Shown in pieces: positions 40,759 through 49,267 of a stretch of 64,000 nucleotides of DNA. This stretch comes from Candidatus Aminicenantes bacterium. Lineage in GTDB: Bacteria > Acidobacteriota > Aminicenantia > Aminicenantales > Aminicenantaceae. The stretch is taken from assembly GCA_016927475.1 (NCBI GenBank), contig JAFGMO010000082.1, forward strand, positions 13,564-77,563, written 5' to 3'. How positions within the stretch are numbered: position 1 is the first letter of the stretch; each line of letters begins with the position of its first letter. Made by a program: the position numbers and the translations under genes. Below the pieces are notes generated by a model that was not told where the DNA came from, did not search any database, and worked only from the letters and a program-made list of their open reading frames with translations.

Positions 40759-40796
40759 TAACCTGAATGACATCGAAATGTGAATAATACAGGTTA
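40759..40796. repeat. Minimal copy D of the inverted-repeat family
   Basis: TAACCTGAAT-N-GTGAATAATACAGGTTA, 38 bp, TA at both ends. Confidence 0.6.
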
Positions 40797-40878
40797 TTCA
40801 TTTTGGCAGGATACATTTTTTTTCGGCAACGTTCAGACAAAACCTGTGCCGTATCTTCATAAACGAATGTTACGAACG

Positions 40879-41028
40879 TCATCCGACTATGTTGCTGATA
40901 ATTTGATATCCGGCCCGTTTTCCCGTTTTGACCATCTCCACTGCCGTAGGAGAACTGATCAGACTGAATAAAACGAAACTCAGTAAAACAGCCGCTGTGA
41001 AAATCAAAATTTTTGTTTTCAGTTTCAT
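40879..41028 (-). CDS. Unannotated 49-aa secreted peptide MKLKTKILIFTAAVLLSFVLFSLISSPTAVEMVKTGKRAGYQIISNIVG
   Basis: Hand-translated; AAGGAGG RBS; sigma54 promoter upstream; clear paralog of 41393-41581. Confidence 0.85.
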   Translation of the reverse strand: MKLKTKILIFTAAVLLSFVLFSLISSPTAVEMVKTGKRAGYQIISNIVG

Positions 41029-41076
41029 TGTTTCCTCCTTTTTATTTTTTCAACATTGTCTTCACTTATATATTTA

Positions 41077-41093
41077 AGCAAGGAACGTGCCAA
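41077..41093 (-). promoter_or_regulatory. Sigma54 (-24/-12) promoter
   Basis: TTGGCACGTTCCTTGCT matches the consensus TGGCAC-N5-TTGC(A/T). Confidence 0.85.
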
Positions 41094-41147
41094 GTGGACT
41101 AATCCGGGGGTTTGCTCGAGTGGCGGGAATCGGAATGAAATAAAGAG

Positions 41148-41184
41148 TGTCTGGGTGAGAACAAAATGTGTCCGAATACGGACG
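41148..41184. promoter_or_regulatory. Tandem enhancer-like sites for a sigma54 activator
   Basis: TGT-N10-ACA (41148-41163) and TGTCCG-AATA-CGGACG (41169-41184), 21 bp apart. Confidence 0.5.
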
Positions 41185-41214
41185 CTCATTGAATTATTTT
41201 TGGGTCCTGAAGAT

Positions 41215-41265
41215 AAAAAAAAGCCCGCAGTTTGCTTCGACTTAGGGGAAGAAACTGCGGGCTTT
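41215..41265 (-). terminator. Intrinsic terminator between the two peptide genes
   Basis: 11-bp stem GCCCGCAGTTT/AAACTGCGGGC followed by T8 on the minus strand. Confidence 0.85.
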
Positions 41266-41386
41266 AAAGGGTGGGAACCGTCTGAAGGCTTAGTCTGCCT
41301 TTTTGACTTGAGATACATTGTCTCACATAGTCGATGGTCAGAAGGCCCCACATCATAATAATGGTGCTCAACAATCCTTCGAGCAT
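41264..41386 (-). CDS. Possible 40-aa hydrophobic peptide MLEGLLSTIIMMWGLLTIDYVRQCISSQKGRLSLQTVPTL
   Basis: Starts 6 nt after the stop of the 62-aa peptide, in the same frame, and ends at the terminator stem. Confidence 0.4.
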   Translation of the reverse strand: MLEGLLSTIIMMWGLLTIDYVRQCISSQKGRLSLQTVPTL

Positions 41387-41392
41387 GAACCT

Positions 41393-41581
41393 CTATCCTA
41401 TGACTGAGATGGTGTAGTTCATACCTGAATTTTCAGCCATGCCTCTCGAAAGAGGTGTGTTGCCGGCTTTCTTGCCGCTCTTGACGAGGTCAATCGCAGC
41501 GTTTGATGAAAGCAGGTTGAAACCGAAAAATGCGATCAGCACCGCGACAAAGAAAATGAGAATTTTTGTTTTGAGTTTCAT
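41393..41581 (-). CDS. 62-aa secreted peptide, paralog of 40879-41028
   Basis: AAGGAGG RBS; same MKLKTKILIF start and VKxGKxAG motif. Confidence 0.85.
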   Translation of the reverse strand: MKLKTKILIFFVAVLIAFFGFNLLSSNAAIDLVKSGKKAGNTPLSRGMAENSGMNYTISVIG

Positions 41582-41742
41582 TTTGTCCTCCTTATTTATT
41601 CTTCATATTTTCTTTTTTCATCTTCATCTATATAAACGCAACAGGGGGGGAAAAGGTTTCCATTTGCTTGAGAAAAAGAGAAGGTTTTTGTAGCGGGTAA
41701 TATTGAGTATAATGACAGGGACATTCTATACACGAGGAGAAG

Positions 41743-43233
41743 ATGGAAAAAATCAGAGTACGTTTCGCTCCCAGCCCGACGGGTTATATTCATGTTGGAA
41801 ACGCACGAACGGCGCTTTTCAATTGGCTTTTTGCTCGAAAGAACCGGGGGGTCTTTATTCTGAGAATCGAGGATACGGACATCGAACGATCCGCAGAAAC
41901 GTACGAAAAAAAATTGATCGAGGACCTTCGCTGGCTGGGAATAGAATGGGATGAAGGTCCGGATACCGGTGGGGCCAGGGGGCCTTACAGGCAGTCGGAG
42001 AGAGGGGATTTGTATCAAGAGCAGGCTCAAAAGCTTATGAATGGAGGGAAGGCCTACTACTGTTTTTGCTCTCCTGATGAGCTTGAAAGAGAACGGCGTG
42101 ATGCCGTTGCTTCCGGAAGACCGGCGGTATACAGTGGAAAATGTCGTGGACTTGCTCCCGAAGACGCCAGAAAGAAAGTCGAGACGGGGAATCCGGCCGC
42201 CGTACGCCTTCGGACTCCGGGAAGAGGGATGCTGACCTATAACGACTTGATTCGCGGGCCCTTGAGTTTTGATCTTGCCCTTACCGGTGATCCTGTATTG
42301 ATTCGTTCGAACGGGATGCCGGCCTATAATTTTGCCGTTGTGGTCGATGACACCCTGATGGGAATTACCCATGTTATCAGAGGCGAAGATCATATCTCAA
42401 ACACTCCCCGGCAGATTCTGACCTACGAAGCGCTTTCTTTTCCTCTTCCTTCTTTCGCCCATCTGTCCATGGTTATGGGGCCGGACAACACCCGTCTAAG
42501 CAAAAGACACGGTGCCACAGCCGTGGATCAGTTTCGGCAAGACGGCATTCTTTCTTCAGCGCTTTTTAATTATCTGGCCCTTTTAGGCTGGGCTCCTCCG
42601 GATGGAGAAGAGGTTCTGGATGCAGGAAGGCTGATCGAGCTTTTTCGCCTGGAGAAAGTCAGCCGTTCCGCTGCTATTTTTGATTATGATAAGCTCAATT
42701 GGTTGAACCGTCAGCATATGAAAACAATACCTTCGAAAGAAGCCGCCCGGGCCGCCTATCCTTTTCTGAAAGAAGAAGGTTTGATGCCGGAGAATATGAC
42801 GGAGGAACGATGGGAATGGCTGGAAAGGGCGGTTGGTGTTCTTATTGAAAGAATCAACAGGTTCTCCGAAATACCTGCGGAATTCGAGCTGTTTTCTAAA
42901 TTCTCTCCGTCCGAAATGGACCATGCCGACCGTGAAGACTTAAAGATGGAATCATCACGAAAAGTTTTGCGCTTGTTTATCGAGAAAACCAGCGAAGACG
43001 AAAAATTAGACTTTGACCGCTTTTCCGCCCTAACTCAAGAGATCAAACAGGAAAGCGGCATCAAAGGGAAAGATCTCTATCATCCTCTTCGTTTGGCTCT
43101 CACGGGATGCAGTTCTGGATTGGATTTGGACAAATTTATTCCTCTTGTCGAGGAGGGGGCTTCCTTGCACTTACCCAAATCGATAAAAAGCTGCCGGCAG
43201 AGGATTTTTGAAACTCTGAACAACCTGGAATAA
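41743..43233 (+). CDS. gltX: Glutamate-tRNA ligase
   Basis: RFAPSPTG..HVGNARTA, LRIEDTD, IRGEDH, LSKR; anticodon-binding domain present. Confidence 0.96.
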   Translation: MEKIRVRFAPSPTGYIHVGNARTALFNWLFARKNRGVFILRIEDTDIERSAETYEKKLIEDLRWLGIEWDEGPDTGGARGPYRQSERGDLYQEQAQKLMNGGKAYYCFCSPDELERERRDAVASGRPAVYSGKCRGLAPEDARKKVETGNPAAVRLRTPGRGMLTYNDLIRGPLSFDLALTGDPVLIRSNGMPAYNFAVVVDDTLMGITHVIRGEDHISNTPRQILTYEALSFPLPSFAHLSMVMGPDNTRLSKRHGATAVDQFRQDGILSSALFNYLALLGWAPPDGEEVLDAGRLIELFRLEKVSRSAAIFDYDKLNWLNRQHMKTIPSKEAARAAYPFLKEEGLMPENMTEERWEWLERAVGVLIERINRFSEIPAEFELFSKFSPSEMDHADREDLKMESSRKVLRLFIEKTSEDEKLDFDRFSALTQEIKQESGIKGKDLYHPLRLALTGCSSGLDLDKFIPLVEEGASLHLPKSIKSCRQRIFETLNNLE

Positions 43234-43277
43234 TCTTTGGGTGATGTTAGCCGCAAAAAAGGATGAGTCTATTATCC

Positions 43278-44225
43278 CTATGAAACGGATTTAAAAGGGA
43301 AAATTTTTCCAAGGAGGGAGATGTCCCCTTTTTCATCGACCAGAACAGCTCCATATTGGGGATATTTCTGGAGAAGACCTTCCTGGTCACGGGAGACAAA
43401 AAGTGCGGTGGACAGGGCGTCACAGATCAGGGTTTCGGGCCCGAAGACTGTTATGCTCTGCCAGCCGCGGGATGGATAACCCGTTTTTGGGTCAAAAACG
43501 TGGTGATAACGGGTGCCGTCTTGAATAAAAAAACGCTGGTAATCACCGGTCGTTGCGGCGGCCGTATTACGAAGCGGAACCATTCCGATGATGCCGCCTT
43601 TCCTTGGATGTTTAATCCCGATCTTCCATGATTGGTTTTCCGGATTGTTCCCCCAGCAAAAGAGGTCTCCTCCCGCGTTGAGGAAGCCGTGCTCGATCCC
43701 CAGGTCCTGAAGGGCGCGGACGGCGAGGTCGATCCCGTACCCTTTGGCAATCCCCCCCCAGTCCAGCTCCATTTTTTCGGGAAGCTTCAAGTGTCCGTTT
43801 TTAAGTGCCGCTTTGTCCAGGCCAACATGGCGCAGGGCTTCTTGTACTTTCTGCGGGGGTGGAATCTTGTGGGAATGGTCGCGAAAGCCCCATAACCGGG
43901 ACAAAGGGGCCACGGAGATGTCGAAGCATCCATCGGAAGCCCGGTAGACTTCGAGGGCCCGTAGGAAAAGCTCTTTAACCAGGGGATGATCCCGTTCCTG
44001 GGAATCCGGCGAAAAAAGCCGCTCAATCTTTGTGAAAAGATTTTGCAGATGTTCCAGGGCATTTTGTTCAGCGCGAGGGCTGCAGAATATTTTAACTTCA
44101 CAGAGTGTATCGAAAAAAAGCAGGGTTGATGACCGCCACTTTTCCGGCCTGCGGCAGGCGGGGGATAACAAGATAGCCGACAAAAATAATCCTAATGAAA
44201 CGACAAACGGCTTTGGATTTTTCAT
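43278..44225 (-). CDS. apbE: FAD:protein FMN transferase (lipoprotein)
   Basis: Lipobox SPAC, LDWGGIAKGY..D, NAGGD, TGDYQRF, HHVFDPKTGYP, DALSTA. Confidence 0.93.
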   Translation of the reverse strand: MKNPKPFVVSLGLFLSAILLSPACRRPEKWRSSTLLFFDTLCEVKIFCSPRAEQNALEHLQNLFTKIERLFSPDSQERDHPLVKELFLRALEVYRASDGCFDISVAPLSRLWGFRDHSHKIPPPQKVQEALRHVGLDKAALKNGHLKLPEKMELDWGGIAKGYGIDLAVRALQDLGIEHGFLNAGGDLFCWGNNPENQSWKIGIKHPRKGGIIGMVPLRNTAAATTGDYQRFFIQDGTRYHHVFDPKTGYPSRGWQSITVFGPETLICDALSTALFVSRDQEGLLQKYPQYGAVLVDEKGDISLLGKIFPFKSVS

Positions 44226-44524
44226 GGTCGTCACGTTCTCACGGGGGGAAAATATCATGAATCTTCTAAGGGGTCAATTCCGCCTGCTGCGAATAAAACC
44301 GTCCTAAAGACGTGTTGTTGACAATACCGGCTTGTTCCTATATTTTGGAGGGGCTAAGTCCGGGTTCGTTTATGTCTCACACAGTTGGTTATGATACCGC
44401 TCCATCCCCAATGTTTGTATTCGAACGCAAAAAAACTGTCTTTTATTGGCGGCATAATATAAAAAATCAAGTCTGGAACAGAATGATGTTTTTCATTCTT
44501 CTTCATATAAAAAGGGAGTGAGAA

Positions 44525-45007
44525 ATGGAAAAAAAATATTCCTGTATGCAGCTGACGGCCTTGGTTGTTTTAAGGATCTTAATCGGTTGGCATTTCCTGT
44601 ATGAAGGTATCGCCAAGCTGCTTAATCCTTACTGGACATCAGCGGGATTCCTTTCGGATTCCAAAGGTTTTCTTTCAGGCTTTTTTTCATGGATTGCCGA
44701 AACCCCTTCCGTGTTGAAAGTTGTGGATTTTCTCAATATTTGGGGTCTTATCGCCATCGGCGTTGCTCTCATAGCAGGTTTTTTTACGCGAACGGCCGTT
44801 GTCTCGGGTATGGTTCTCCTTCTCCTTTATTATCTTGCGAATCCACCGTTCATTGGATATTCGTATACATCTCCCGCTGAAGGCAATTATCTGTTTGTTA
44901 ATAAAAATCTCATCGAGATGTTTTCCCTAAGCGCTCTGCTTTTTTTCCCAACGGGAAAGATCATAGGACTGGACCGTCTTCTCCTCAGAAAAAAAACGGC
45001 GGATTGA
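44525..45007 (+). CDS. DoxX family membrane protein
   Basis: LRILIGWHFLYEG..K, VNKNLIE, GLDR. Confidence 0.85.
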   Translation: MEKKYSCMQLTALVVLRILIGWHFLYEGIAKLLNPYWTSAGFLSDSKGFLSGFFSWIAETPSVLKVVDFLNIWGLIAIGVALIAGFFTRTAVVSGMVLLLLYYLANPPFIGYSYTSPAEGNYLFVNKNLIEMFSLSALLFFPTGKIIGLDRLLLRKKTAD

Positions 45008-45042
45008 ATTTGGTTTAGGAAAGACGCCGTGGAGGAAAAAAC

Positions 45043-46626
45043 ATGACTGAAGAAAAAAAGAACGAAAACAAAGAAAAAGAGGTCAGCACCGGGCGGAGAG
45101 ATATCCTCAAATCCCTGGCCACACTTCCTGTCTTTGGGGCCTTTTTTTACGGCCTTTATAAAAAGAGGCAGGCTGACAATTTCAAAAAGAATAGTATTTT
45201 ATCCGAGCTTGGATTGGGAGAAAAAGCGCCCGAGGTGCTTCCCAAGACCACGTTCAACAAAGCCGGAGATCTCATCCGCTTGGGTATTATCGGGTATGGC
45301 GGCCGGGGGGAATATCTGGTTCAGGCTGTAGGTTTCGCCCATCCTGATATTTGCGATCTTTCCGGTGAAGACAAAGATGAAATAAAAAGGCGCAAACAGC
45401 GCTTGGAAAATTTTCTCGGGCAGGAAGATCTGAATGTTGCTCTAGCCGGTGTTTGTGACGTATTTGATGTTCGGGCGGAGAGGGGTTTGGCGGCATCCCG
45501 GAATGAAACACGGCCGGGAGCTAAGGGGCTCCCGGAAGCCCGTCGATATCACCGATACCAGGATATGCTGGCCAGTGACGAGATCGACGCAGTGATTATC
45601 GCCACCCCGGACCATTGGCATGCTCAAATGACCATCGATGCCGTCAATGCCGGGAAACATGTCTACTGCGAAAAGTGTATTACAAGGACCGAAGAAGAAG
45701 TCCACCGGGTTGTGGAGACCGTCAAAAACAGCAATATCACATTCCAGCTTGGCCATCAGAACCCTCAGCAGAAGACGTTTAACAAGGCTAAGGAGATCAT
45801 AGATAAGAAGATTTTGGGGAAGATTAATCTTGTCGAGACAACTACCAACCGGAATACACCGACAGGAGCCTGGGTTTATGAAATTCATGAAAAGGGAAAT
45901 CCGAGAACCATCGATTGGGATCAATTCCAGGGACCGGCCCCGCACCGCGTTCCGTTCAGCCTGGAGCGATTTTTCCGCTGGCGGTGCTGGTTCGATTACG
46001 GGACGGGACTTTCCGGAGATCTCTTTTCCCATGAATATGACGCTGTCAACCAGATATTAAATATCGGGATTCCGAAAACCGTTACGGCTTCAGGCGGCAT
46101 CTATTACTTCAAGGATGGGAGGGATGTTCCCGATACTTTTCAGGTCGTCTGTGAATATCCGGACCGGAACCTGACCTTGATTTATTCGGCCACCCTTGCC
46201 AACAGCAGAAGCCGAGGACGGATTTTCATGGGGCATGATGCTTCCATGGAAGTAGGAGGAAGCCTGACGGTCACGGCCGACCGGAACTCATCGCGTTTTA
46301 AGGATAAGATAGAGAAAAGTATCATTGATACTTCTCTTCCCCTTTTCACCTACCGGCCGGGTTCAGAGGGAATTGATGCCATCACTTCGGCGACGGAGAA
46401 ATATTTTGCCACAAAGGGGCTGATGTATACCTACCGGGGGGGAAAGGTTGTTGATTTGACCCATCTCCATGTGAAAGAATGGATCGACTGTATTCGCTCC
46501 GGTCAAAAACCCAGCTGTGGTATCGAGCGTGGACTGCAGGAAGGCATTACCTGCCACATGGCGACCAAGTCTTTTCTGGAAGGGAGAAAAGTCGAATGGG
46601 ATCCTGTTCTAAAGAGGATCGTCTGA
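45043..46626 (+). CDS. Gfo/Idh/MocA oxidoreductase with Tat-like N-terminus
   Basis: GRRDILKSL; IIGYGGRG, IATPDHWH, HVYCEK, WR.WFDYGTG..GDL..H. Confidence 0.9.
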   Translation: MTEEKKNENKEKEVSTGRRDILKSLATLPVFGAFFYGLYKKRQADNFKKNSILSELGLGEKAPEVLPKTTFNKAGDLIRLGIIGYGGRGEYLVQAVGFAHPDICDLSGEDKDEIKRRKQRLENFLGQEDLNVALAGVCDVFDVRAERGLAASRNETRPGAKGLPEARRYHRYQDMLASDEIDAVIIATPDHWHAQMTIDAVNAGKHVYCEKCITRTEEEVHRVVETVKNSNITFQLGHQNPQQKTFNKAKEIIDKKILGKINLVETTTNRNTPTGAWVYEIHEKGNPRTIDWDQFQGPAPHRVPFSLERFFRWRCWFDYGTGLSGDLFSHEYDAVNQILNIGIPKTVTASGGIYYFKDGRDVPDTFQVVCEYPDRNLTLIYSATLANSRSRGRIFMGHDASMEVGGSLTVTADRNSSRFKDKIEKSIIDTSLPLFTYRPGSEGIDAITSATEKYFATKGLMYTYRGGKVVDLTHLHVKEWIDCIRSGQKPSCGIERGLQEGITCHMATKSFLEGRKVEWDPVLKRIV

Positions 46627-46662
46627 TTCCCAAAACTGGGATTCCATTTTTTGGAGGATCAA

Positions 46663-47883
46663 ATGAGCGTTAGGTTTCGTCTCGGAATGATGATGTTTTT
46701 GCAGTACGCCATTTGGGGAGCCTGGGCTCCCATCCTTTCGGATTACCTGATGAACACGTTGAATTTCAGCGGGATTCAGGTAGGCATGGTCTACAGTCTT
46801 CTTCCTCTGGCGACCATTATCGCTCCCTTCATCGGAGGGCAGATAGCTGACCGCTATTTTTCCAGTGAAAAATTCGTGGCGATTCTGCAAATAACCGGAG
46901 GGGGGCTTTTGATAGGAATCTCGACCGTTACCGACTATTCACTCATGGTCTGGTTGATGCTGTTTTACTGCATTCTTTATGCTCCTACTCTGGCCTTGAC
47001 GAATTCCATTGCTTTTATCAACTTAAAAAATTCTGAAAAGGAGTTTGGAGAGATCCGTGTCTGGGGGACCATCGGCTGGATCGCCGCGGGTTATGTGCTT
47101 TTCCTGTGGAGGCTTGTTTCGAGGTCAGCCGAAGGGCTGGCTTACAGCGGAGACACTCTTTTGCTGGCAGGAATTTTTTCCTTGATTATGGGGCTATTCG
47201 CTTTCCGCCTGCCTCATACGCCCCCCCAAAAAGAGGGGACCAAACCCTGGGCTTTCCTGGAAGCCATCAAAATGATGAAGGAGAAAAATTTTCTGGTTTT
47301 CATCATCATCTCTTTTGTTGTCGCTACGGAGTTGATGTTTTATTATGTGCTGACGGCGCCCTTCTTGACCTCGAAAACGATCGGGATTTCCAGCACCTAT
47401 CTTCCCTGGGTCATGACCATTGCCCAGGTTGCCGAAATTTTTGTTATGGCCTTCCTGCTCCCCTATTTCATTACCCGGATCGGGATTCGTAAAGTCCTTG
47501 TAATCGGTGTTTTGGCCTGGCCGCTCCGTTATGTCATTTTTGCTCTGGGGAAACCTTCCTGGCTGGTTGTCGCTTCCCTTTCTCTTCATGGTTTTTGTTT
47601 TGTCTTCTTTTTCGCCGCCGCTTTTATTTATGTGGATATGGTAGCACCCCGCGATATCCGCCATTCGGCCCAAAGCTTGATCACCCTGGTTACTTATGGT
47701 ATCGGGAACTACATTGGGAGCTTGTTTGCCGGGAAGGTGCAGGATTATTTCACAACAGCCGGGGAGACGAACTGGACTGGTGTATTCCTTGTTCCTTGTG
47801 TTTTGACCATCCTCTGTGCCCTTGCCTTCCTTCTCTTTTTCAAAGATATCAAGAAGCAAAAGGATATCGGCGCAGAGGCGTAG
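46663..47883 (+). CDS. MFS transporter, nucleoside:H+ symporter (NupG/YegT-like)
   Basis: MMFLQYAIWGAW, GQIADRYF, IRVWGTIGWI, Q.AE, LHGFCF. Confidence 0.88.
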   Translation: MSVRFRLGMMMFLQYAIWGAWAPILSDYLMNTLNFSGIQVGMVYSLLPLATIIAPFIGGQIADRYFSSEKFVAILQITGGGLLIGISTVTDYSLMVWLMLFYCILYAPTLALTNSIAFINLKNSEKEFGEIRVWGTIGWIAAGYVLFLWRLVSRSAEGLAYSGDTLLLAGIFSLIMGLFAFRLPHTPPQKEGTKPWAFLEAIKMMKEKNFLVFIIISFVVATELMFYYVLTAPFLTSKTIGISSTYLPWVMTIAQVAEIFVMAFLLPYFITRIGIRKVLVIGVLAWPLRYVIFALGKPSWLVVASLSLHGFCFVFFFAAAFIYVDMVAPRDIRHSAQSLITLVTYGIGNYIGSLFAGKVQDYFTTAGETNWTGVFLVPCVLTILCALAFLLFFKDIKKQKDIGAEA

Positions 47884-47960
47884 ACAAAGGCTACCGGGAA
47901 AACAAGACATTGCTGAATGGCTCTTTTCTGATCTATTGTTTTTCGTAAAGGAGGTTCTGC

Positions 47961-49214
47961 ATGTGTGAAAACAGATTGGGTGTCGGTCTTATCGGCGGAG
48001 GATTCATCGCCGGATTTCATATACGCTCCTGGCTGGGTGTCAGGGATGCGGATATCCTGGGCATCGTCAGCCGGACGGAAAAATCGGCCGAAGAAGCGGC
48101 CGCTTTGGCCAACCGGCTGAATGTCGGCGAAGCCCGCCCCTATAAGAGCATCACGGAAATGATTGCTGATCCGGAGATAAATGCTTTGTGGATTTTGGCC
48201 CCCAATTTCACCCGCCTTGAGGTCATGGAGGAGATCGTCTCAGCCCTTAAAAAGGGAAAAGGGGAACTGGTCGGAGTGGCCTGCGAAAAACCCCTGGGAC
48301 GCAATGTCAAAGAAGCCCGAAGGATGCTGGAACTCGTTCAGGAGGCAGGGATTCTGGATGGGTATCTTGAAAACCAGGTTTTTGCTCCGGCGGTCGTTCG
48401 GGGAAAGGACATCGTCTGGACACGAGGGGCGGCCATATCCGGGCGTCCTTACCTGGCCCGGGCTGCTGAGGAACACAGCGGACCTCACATGCCCTGGTTC
48501 TGGGAAGGAAAACTTCAGGGAGGAGGCGTTCTCAACGATATGATGTGTCACTCCGTGGAGGAAGCCCGTTTCATGCTGACACCACCGGGGGCCGACCGGA
48601 ATATTCTCACCCCTCTTACGGTAACGGCCTACGCCGACTGTCTCAAATGGCAGGACCCGGCTTATGCCGATATCCTGAAAAAAAACAGCCGGGGAAAGAC
48701 GGATTATACAACACGGCCGGCCGAGGATTTTGCCCGGTCCCTCATCGAATACAGGGATGAGAAAGGTCGAAAGCTTGTCGTCGAGACGACGACTTCCTGG
48801 TGTTATGTCGGGGCCGGACTTCGGTTGACCATGGAACTCCTGGGGCCGGAATATTCTTTGGCCATCAACACTCTTGATTCAGGGCTCAAGGTTTTTTTCA
48901 GCCGGAATGTGCGCGGCAAGGCCGGAGAAGATCTTGTCGAAAAACAGAATGCGGAGATGGGATTGATGCCGGTGGTAGGTTCTGAAGAAACCGAATACGG
49001 GTATATTGAGGAAAACCGCCACATGGTTCAATCGTTTTTAGCCGGCCAAAGGCCCCGCGAAAATTTTAGCGACGGAGTCAATGTCACCGAGCTTTTGATG
49101 ACGGCCTATAAAAGCGCCGAGGAAGGAAAAACAATCGCCTTTTCTCCGCCCGGTCTGGAGGATTATGTGCCGGCCGTAGCCAGAGGAGAGTGGAATCCGC
49201 GGACCGGCGATTGA
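47961..49214 (+). CDS. Gfo/Idh/MocA oxidoreductase
   Basis: GLIGGGFIA..H, ACEKPL, GGGVLNDMMCH. Confidence 0.88.
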   Translation: MCENRLGVGLIGGGFIAGFHIRSWLGVRDADILGIVSRTEKSAEEAAALANRLNVGEARPYKSITEMIADPEINALWILAPNFTRLEVMEEIVSALKKGKGELVGVACEKPLGRNVKEARRMLELVQEAGILDGYLENQVFAPAVVRGKDIVWTRGAAISGRPYLARAAEEHSGPHMPWFWEGKLQGGGVLNDMMCHSVEEARFMLTPPGADRNILTPLTVTAYADCLKWQDPAYADILKKNSRGKTDYTTRPAEDFARSLIEYRDEKGRKLVVETTTSWCYVGAGLRLTMELLGPEYSLAINTLDSGLKVFFSRNVRGKAGEDLVEKQNAEMGLMPVVGSEETEYGYIEENRHMVQSFLAGQRPRENFSDGVNVTELLMTAYKSAEEGKTIAFSPPGLEDYVPAVARGEWNPRTGD

Positions 49215-49267
49215 GCCGGCGGTAAGAAGAGGCGATGATGAATAGACCATGACAAGGAGAAGGTCAA

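Noticed and set aside
40670-40882. 70-aa ORF overlapping the peptide stop by ATGA
   Set aside because: It runs through repeat copy D, has no RBS and no recognisable composition; likely spurious despite the suggestive overlap
41025-41358. Track ORFs 41025-41351 (-) and 41056-41358 (+)
   Set aside because: They span a terminator, enhancer-like sites and the sigma54 promoter and show no protein-like features
40879-41581. The peptides as Flp/type IV pilins or lanthipeptide precursors
   Set aside because: No G|xxxxEY prepilin motif, no Cys in the tails and no modification enzymes nearby
41596-42393. 265-aa antisense ORF, and the many other long shadow ORFs in the track
   Set aside because: Antisense or alternative frames of well-supported genes such as gltX
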